Under the pieces are notes generated by a model. The model was not told the DNA's origin and searched no databases. It saw nothing but the letters and a program-made list of their open reading frames with translations. Positions 60,201 to 64,000 of a DNA stretch of 64,000 nt are shown piece after piece. Every line of letters begins with the position of its first letter. Position 1 is the stretch's first letter. The position numbers and the translations under genes are program-made. This stretch comes from Phoronis australis (lineage: Eukaryota > Animalia > Phoronida). The stretch spans positions 485,275 to 549,274 of the forward strand of contig NMRA01000074.1 of assembly GCA_002633005.1 (NCBI GenBank), given 5' to 3'.

Positions 60201-62897
60201 CAACGACTTGCAGTGCGTCAACGTCACTCAGTGTGGTCCAGCGACTGTGCAACGACAAACGGCAATGTTCAGTTTTGGCGGGAAATCGGGTGTTTGGTGA
60301 TCCCTGCGTCGGTACTTTTAAATATCTTGCCGTCGAATACAGGTGCAGCCGCGCAGAGACAGCGATGACACCAACAGGTAAACACAATACGTTAGCAGGG
60401 CCTTGTGGCTTGTAATATACTTGCATTAGTTTTTCGGTGATGTCATTGCTGTCGTGGGTCTGTTTTACAAAAGGTGACTTAAGAAAAAAAATTGGTTTTC
60501 AGTCGCGCTTCACACAATTATTTCTAAAAACTACATACTCATAAGTGCAACAGTGATAATTTATAAGAGTTACTTCTCGACTGCAATGCACTCATAATTA
60601 CTTGATTAAACCAGTTTTCAGCAATGGTGATATGGGAGCGCAAGACCAAATTTCCAGCTGCAACGCGTGCGTGTTCACGTGTCCAGTGTAAAAGGAGAAA
60701 TGTCCATTTAAATAGTTTTCGACATGCACGCATTTAAAGCCTATCTTCAACGGTAACACCTGAAAATTTGGTTCCTGTACAGTATGTTAAGAGTATCCCT
60801 CTGAGCCCACTTGTGCTATAAATTGTCAAATGTAACGAACTGTTTGGCGTATTAGTTTGCTTTTGTCTACGTCACCGCGAGAATCACCTTTTAATTCAAA
60901 CTGCTGCGAATAACACCCGCACGCAATGGTGTTCTATTCAGACCCTGTTCAATACAACCTTTTGTTGTTTGTGCTGGGATCTCGCGGTGACGCAACATGG
61001 CGCGAAAAGGCAGTTTCACTTATCACTTAACTGGTTTACATTTGCGTGATTGAAATTGCGTTTTCTTATTTTACTAAAGCTTTGCTAGGGCTATCTGGTT
61101 AGCCCAATACATCTAAAATAACAAAATTCCGTTGAAGTTAAGCTTTAAATAGAGAACTTGTACATTCACTGACTAACAAGTCCAGTGTGTTGACAATCAT
61201 CATAAACCCGACATTTGGCGTCTCTCCTATTACACTGGCTTTGATATTCTTTTTGTAATGAGCGATTTCTACTGTTAAGAGTTAGAAAGATTTCCTGCCC
61301 TTAATTTAGTAGAATTGGTGTATTTAGCGCATNAACGGTAACACCTGAAAATTTGGTTCCTGTACAGTATGTTAAGAGCATCCCTCTGAGCCCACTTGTG
61401 CTATAAATTGTCAAATGTAACGAACTGTTTAGCGTATTAGTTTGCTTTTGTCTACGTCACCGCGAGAATCACCTTTTAATTCAAACTGCTGCGAATAACA
61501 CCCGCACGCAATGGTGTTCTATTCAGACCCTGTTCAATACAACCTTTTGTTGTTTGTGCTGGGATTTCGCGGTGACGCAACATGGCGCGAAAAGGCAGTT
61601 TCACTTATCACTTAACTGGTTTACATTTGCGTGATTGAAATCGCGTTTTCTTATTTTACTAAAGCTTTGCTAGGGCTATCTGGTTAGCCCAATACATCTA
61701 AAATAACAAAATTCCGTTGAAGTTAAGCTTTAAATAGAGAACTTGTACATTCACTGACTAACAAGTCCAGTGTGTTGACAATCATCATAAACCCGAAATT
61801 TGGCGTCTCTCCTATTACACTGGCTTTGATATTCTTTTTGTAATGAGCGATTTCTACTGTTAAGAGTTAGAAAGATTTCCTGCCCTTAATTTAGTAGAAT
61901 TGGTGTATTTAGCGCATCTCTTTCCACCAGTGAGACTGCTATGCAAGTCGTGTGGGACTCTGGGACACCCATTCGCGAAATCCACGGCTTTTTACATGTC
62001 CAAGTAAACGCTCGATTCGATCTTCATGAGCTGTTTATGAAGAAAGCGTCCTCTCTTTTCATCTGAGTTGAATGAAAACAGAAGATGTCCACCAGCACGT
62101 GGGAGTCCCTAGACTAAGAGTACCACGTGACCTGCATGCTGACACGTTTATAGATACACGGTAGGACCACTACTAGCGTCACCTTGTGAACCACAAGGTC
62201 TTCATTGGAACTATGGTAACACGGGCATCCTCAACTGCTAGCAAACTATTAAGTGTGGTTTTAAATCTCAACTAATCATTTCCGTCGCAGCAACTGTTGT
62301 GAATAATGTTTTGTCATTTTTACTTACGCATCGTAAGGTCCAGAGAGAAGTAACGCTTTTTCTGCACTTGCGTGTAAGTGTTTGAGCAACTTCATTCTTA
62401 CACATATGGATAGTTTGTAAATTTTCAGCATGAATTGGACATTAGTGTAGGACACTGGCCAGTTACTTGCTTTGGGAATATTCAGGACAATATGGCATCA
62501 GGACTCTGTAAACTGCAATTCTCATAACTCGAACTTTGAACAGACGTACATAAGCCTAAGGTTTACACATGCGCAATGATGCCTTGATGGACACACGCAG
62601 TGTTGGAACACTTTTTAATGAAACAATAATCACATTGTGTATACCGTATTTTTAGGTGGCTCGGGATCTTGCGAGGTAAACGGTAACAGTTACACCATTG
62701 TCAGTAAAGACTGTACTCGCTACTCAGAGGCAAAGCTTGCTTTGGGTATCCAGCGTGTCCACGACTGTCCCGACGGCCTCCAGTTTAATTTGGATCCTAC
62801 AGTGTGCACGTGCGACTGGCCAACAAACGTGAGATGCCCCGCGCCAAAAACCACAACGACAACCACCATCGCTGCGCCATTCATTCCACTTCGTTGA
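33178..62897 (+). CDS. Secreted mosaic protein: signal peptide, 13 chitin-binding type-2 (peritrophin-A/CBM14-like) domains, 5 SUEL lectin domains, 18 TSP1 repeats (about 2,626 aa by exon-length sum)
   Basis: Chain of phase-1 symmetric exons with GT-AG sites. Motifs: [17 protein letters not shown] (ChtBD2), YGR/DPC/KYL (SUEL), WSxWxxWxxCSxTCGGG..R.R.C (TSP1). No TM segment. That it is a single gene is inferred from one signal exon and one stop-containing exon. Confidence 0.8.
33809..34051 (+). CDS. Gene 2 chitin-binding module exon C1
   Basis: tgacag| [24 protein letters not shown]...[22 protein letters not shown]...TCPP + Thr/Pro linker |gtaagt. Confidence 0.88.
34503..34814 (+). CDS. Gene 2 SUEL lectin exon L1
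   Basis: 312 nt; [12 protein letters not shown]...ISATYGR...CDGKRQCSV...[18 protein letters not shown]. Confidence 0.9.
34934..35179 (+). CDS. Gene 2 chitin-binding exon C2
   Basis: 246 nt; tttaag|...|gtacgt. Confidence 0.85.
35631..35942 (+). CDS. Gene 2 SUEL lectin exon L2
   Basis: 312 nt; tttcag|...|gtaatg. Confidence 0.9.
36061..36306 (+). CDS. Gene 2 chitin-binding exon C3
   Basis: 246 nt; tctaag|...|gtaagt. Confidence 0.85.
36411..36656 (+). CDS. Gene 2 chitin-binding exon C4
   Basis: 246 nt; ttgaag|...|gtaagt. Confidence 0.85.
37093..37404 (+). CDS. Gene 2 SUEL lectin exon L3
   Basis: 312 nt; tttcag|...|gtaatg. Confidence 0.9.
37523..37768 (+). CDS. Gene 2 chitin-binding exon C5
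   Basis: 246 nt; tttaag|...|gtaagt. Confidence 0.85.
37872..38102 (+). CDS. Gene 2 chitin-binding exon C6
   Basis: 231 nt; tttaag|...|gtaatg. Confidence 0.85.
38613..38783 (+). CDS. Gene 2 TSP1 exon T1
   Basis: 171 nt; [40 protein letters not shown]...CP. Confidence 0.9.
40006..40176 (+). CDS. Gene 2 TSP1 exon T2
   Basis: 171 nt, phase 1-1, TSP1 consensus. Confidence 0.9.
41235..41405 (+). CDS. Gene 2 TSP1 exon T3
   Basis: 171 nt, phase 1-1, TSP1 consensus. Confidence 0.88.
42011..42181 (+). CDS. Gene 2 TSP1 exon T4
   Basis: 171 nt, phase 1-1, TSP1 consensus. Confidence 0.88.
42474..42644 (+). CDS. Gene 2 TSP1 exon T5
   Basis: 171 nt, phase 1-1, TSP1 consensus. Confidence 0.88.
42945..43113 (+). 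pseudogene. Dead TSP1 exon T6 (pseudoexon)
   Basis: Cys TGC>TGA at 42983-42985, a 2-nt deletion near the 3' end (169 nt) and a weakened donor t|gtaaaa. Confidence 0.85.
43351..43521 (+). CDS. Gene 2 TSP1 exon T7
   Basis: 171 nt, phase 1-1, TSP1 consensus. Confidence 0.88.
43804..43974 (+). CDS. Gene 2 TSP1 exon T8
   Basis: 171 nt, phase 1-1, TSP1 consensus. Confidence 0.88.
44216..44386 (+). CDS. Gene 2 TSP1 exon T9
   Basis: 171 nt, phase 1-1, TSP1 consensus. Confidence 0.88.
44604..44774 (+). CDS. Gene 2 TSP1 exon T10
   Basis: 171 nt, phase 1-1, TSP1 consensus. Confidence 0.88.
44888..45757. mobile_element. Intronic insertion with TTTATACCAC/GTGGTATAAA inverted repeats, an internal tRNA-derived segment and a terminal ~160-bp hairpin
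   Basis: Absent from the paralogous introns after T5 and T7; the inverted repeats and palindrome are read directly. Confidence 0.75.
44980..45048 (-). other. tRNA-derived (Pol III A/B-box) segment; not a functional tRNA
   Basis: Minus strand reads TGGTGTAGTGG (A box) ... GGGTTCGACCCCG (B box/T arm); the acceptor stem does not pair. Confidence 0.6.
45937..46107 (+). CDS. Gene 2 TSP1 exon T11
   Basis: 171 nt, phase 1-1, TSP1 consensus. Confidence 0.88.
46247..46853 (+). mobile_element. 5'-truncated L1/Tx1-type LINE fragment with A-rich tail and 7-bp TSD TGTCGTT
   Basis: Degenerate ORF2 C-terminus ([34 protein letters not shown]...[14 protein letters not shown]); TSD at 46240-46246 and 46854-46860; absent from the paralogous intron after T8. 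Confidence 0.8.
46982..47152 (+). CDS. Gene 2 TSP1 exon T12
   Basis: 171 nt, phase 1-1, TSP1 consensus. Confidence 0.88.
47392..47562 (+). CDS. Gene 2 TSP1 exon T13
   Basis: 171 nt, open frame, weaker donor t|gtaaag. Confidence 0.75.
48062..48232 (+). CDS. Gene 2 TSP1 exon T14
   Basis: 171 nt, phase 1-1, TSP1 consensus. Confidence 0.88.
48706..48876 (+). CDS. Gene 2 TSP1 exon T15
   Basis: 171 nt, phase 1-1, TSP1 consensus. Confidence 0.88.
49652..50219. mobile_element. Foldback/MITE-like long imperfect inverted repeat (about 570 bp)
   Basis: agtcaaatatcgaaaaaact pairs with agttttttcgatatttgact; ccagccaactttactaaaac pairs with gttttagtaaaatcggctgg; centre near 49945. Confidence 0.7.
50458..50628 (+). 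CDS. Gene 2 TSP1 exon T16
   Basis: 171 nt; close paralog of T14 ([11 protein letters not shown]). Confidence 0.88.
51220..51390 (+). CDS. Gene 2 TSP1 exon T17
   Basis: 171 nt, phase 1-1, TSP1 consensus. Confidence 0.88.
52075..52245 (+). pseudogene. Probable dead TSP1 exon T18
   Basis: In-phase donor lost (cctg|ttaac), conserved Cys replaced by Ser (GGSQSSGD), and G>E/G>D changes. Confidence 0.7.
52993..53163 (+). CDS. Gene 2 TSP1 exon T19
   Basis: 171 nt; [20 protein letters not shown]... Confidence 0.88.
53565..53834. mobile_element. Family C MITE, degenerate copy
   Basis: ggggcctgttttataaa ... aaatagttctgtagag ... ctttcatgaaatacactcc. Confidence 0.5.
54361..54531 (+). CDS. Gene 2 TSP1 exon T20
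   Basis: 171 nt; [20 protein letters not shown]... Confidence 0.9.
55113..55358 (+). CDS. Gene 2 chitin-binding exon C7
   Basis: 246 nt; ttttag|...|gtaagg. Confidence 0.87.
55630..55875 (+). CDS. Gene 2 chitin-binding exon C8
   Basis: 246 nt; ttttag|...|gtaagg. Confidence 0.87.
56147..56392 (+). CDS. Gene 2 chitin-binding exon C9
   Basis: 246 nt; ttttag|...|gtaagg. Confidence 0.87.
56665..56910 (+). CDS. Gene 2 chitin-binding exon C10
   Basis: 246 nt; ttttag|...|gtaagg. Confidence 0.87.
57175..57420 (+). CDS. Gene 2 chitin-binding exon C11
   Basis: 246 nt; ttctag|...|gtaagt. Confidence 0.87.
57521..57705 (+). pseudogene. Decayed chitin-binding pseudoexon
   Basis: atctctaacTGAgactgcacgtgcttctaccaactggacacgactaac matches the module but has a stop, a deletion of the CPAGLTFNP part and no good acceptor. 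Confidence 0.8.
57944..58255 (+). CDS. Gene 2 SUEL lectin exon L4
   Basis: 312 nt; YGR...[10 protein letters not shown]. Confidence 0.9.
58763..59008 (+). CDS. Gene 2 chitin-binding exon C12
   Basis: 246 nt; ctttag|...|gtaagg (not in the ORF track). Confidence 0.87.
60066..60377 (+). CDS. Gene 2 SUEL lectin exon L5
   Basis: 312 nt; ttgtag|...|gtaaac. Confidence 0.9.
60749..61917. repeat. 584-bp near-identical direct duplication joined at a single N (61333)
   Basis: 60749-61332 versus 61334-61917 differ at only a few bases; probable assembly overlap. Confidence 0.88.
62656..62897 (+). CDS. Gene 2 probable terminal exon: divergent 6-Cys chitin-binding domain, then stop
   Basis: ttttag| [22 protein letters not shown]...[24 protein letters not shown]...PLR*; candidate AATAAA at 63272. 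Confidence 0.75.
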
Positions 62898-62945
62898 TTC
62901 AAGTTGATAATTGTTGTGCATTCAGTTACGCAAATGAAGAGCTCT

Positions 62946-63224
62946 GGGGTCTGCTTCATGAAAGTGACTTAAGACAGACAGAAATGTGGTCTAACTTCCC
63001 TACTTCACATTTTCTGAAAAAGGTTTAGCTAAGTGACTAATGAGAGAATCATAATCTAGAAATGATTGATAGCAATTATCCAAGTAACTATCGATAATGT
63101 GCATATTTTCAGGGACTTTAAAATTGGTTTACTGGCAGTCACTTATTTTTCAAAAATAGTTGTGTGGAGCTAAGATCAAACTTACTTAAGTAAGTCTTAA
63201 GTCACATTTCATGAAACAAGTCCC
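62946..63224. mobile_element. Family C MITE in the putative 3'UTR of gene 2
   Basis: ggggtctgcttcatgaaagtgacttaagac ... gtcttaagtcacatttcatgaaacaagtccc. Confidence 0.65.
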
Positions 63225-64000
63225 GGATGTAACGTGTGCTGGCTTTACTAGCCCCGATCTGCTGTGATTAGAATAAAAAATGATTGCATACCTTTTCCTT
63301 ATATTTGTATACATTGAAATCTTGTCACAGAAATTGGTCCAGGTTGAGGATATTAGTAACATTGTGTGCTAGGAATTCGTTATGTAACGCAAAGTTGGAG
63401 AAAATAAGTGGCAATCTCACGCCACTCATTAGTTTACATTTTAATGTGATTAAATTTTTATACTTACGCTATTGATAGTTTTTGTATAGGATAACATAGT
63501 TTTAACTGATTAGTGCTGTTCAAAGATTTTTATTACAAAATAATTTAAAATAAATATACAATAGCAGTATAAAAAATTGATATTTATTACATGTCGACCA
63601 TACGTTCTCCAACAACCAACAGACACTAATAGCCCACAAAGACAGACACCTTGGTCTACGAAAATTCGTAAATCTCACCACAGTAATACGCAAACATTCC
63701 GATTGCAATTACTGCCTTCTTGTCAAGACAAGACAATTGAAAATACGATAGCAAGTAGCATATGGATGCGATACTTCTTGCAGAGCATTTTAAATGGCAT
63801 TGCGCAACACCCTCCTTGCATTTGAAGTCGGATTTAGCTCTGATGCAGAACTTGACGGTCCAATCAATCTGAGAGGGTATACGCATATCATTTACAAGTT
63901 ACACAAGCATTTTCACAAGCAAATTGTTCGCCTCGCACAGCAAAGGTTTGCAGTGGTTCAGTTTAGACATTAACCAGAATACTAACAGCTAGGACGTCTT

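Noticed and set aside
60749-61917. 584-bp tandem duplication as a biological event
   Set aside because: The copies abut a single N and are almost identical, which is a typical contig-overlap artefact.

Overview
Eukaryotic (invertebrate animal) genomic DNA, AT-rich and intron-dense, with two spliced genes on the + strand. Gene 1 (<1100-25331; 24 coding exons visible, 5' end upstream of the window) is a Neurexin-IV/CASPR (CNTNAP) family cell-adhesion protein: discoidin, LamG x2, EGF, fibrinogen-like, LamG, EGF, LamG, TM, 4.1-binding region, PDZ-ligand tail EWYI. It has one GC-AG intron. Gene 2 (CDS 33178-62897, about 2,600 aa if all intact exons are used) is a secreted dumbbell-shaped mosaic protein that I do not recognise as a named gene. 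Its order is: signal peptide; a cluster of variant 8-Cys chitin-binding (peritrophin-A/CBM14-like) domains and SUEL rhamnose/galactose-lectin domains; 18 intact plus 2 dead TSP1 exons; a second chitin-binding/SUEL cluster. Every module is a single symmetric phase-1 exon, and exon birth and death are visible. The introns hold a non-autonomous TIR element family with 6-bp TSDs (4 copies, one nested in a 5-bp-TSD element), a 5'-truncated L1/Tx1-type LINE, a hairpin-ended element carrying a tRNA-derived segment, a foldback element and older MITEs. Three apparent tandem duplications sit exactly at single-N joins and are probably assembly or haplotype artefacts. All exon calls were read by eye from splice signals and frame continuity; there is no transcript evidence.
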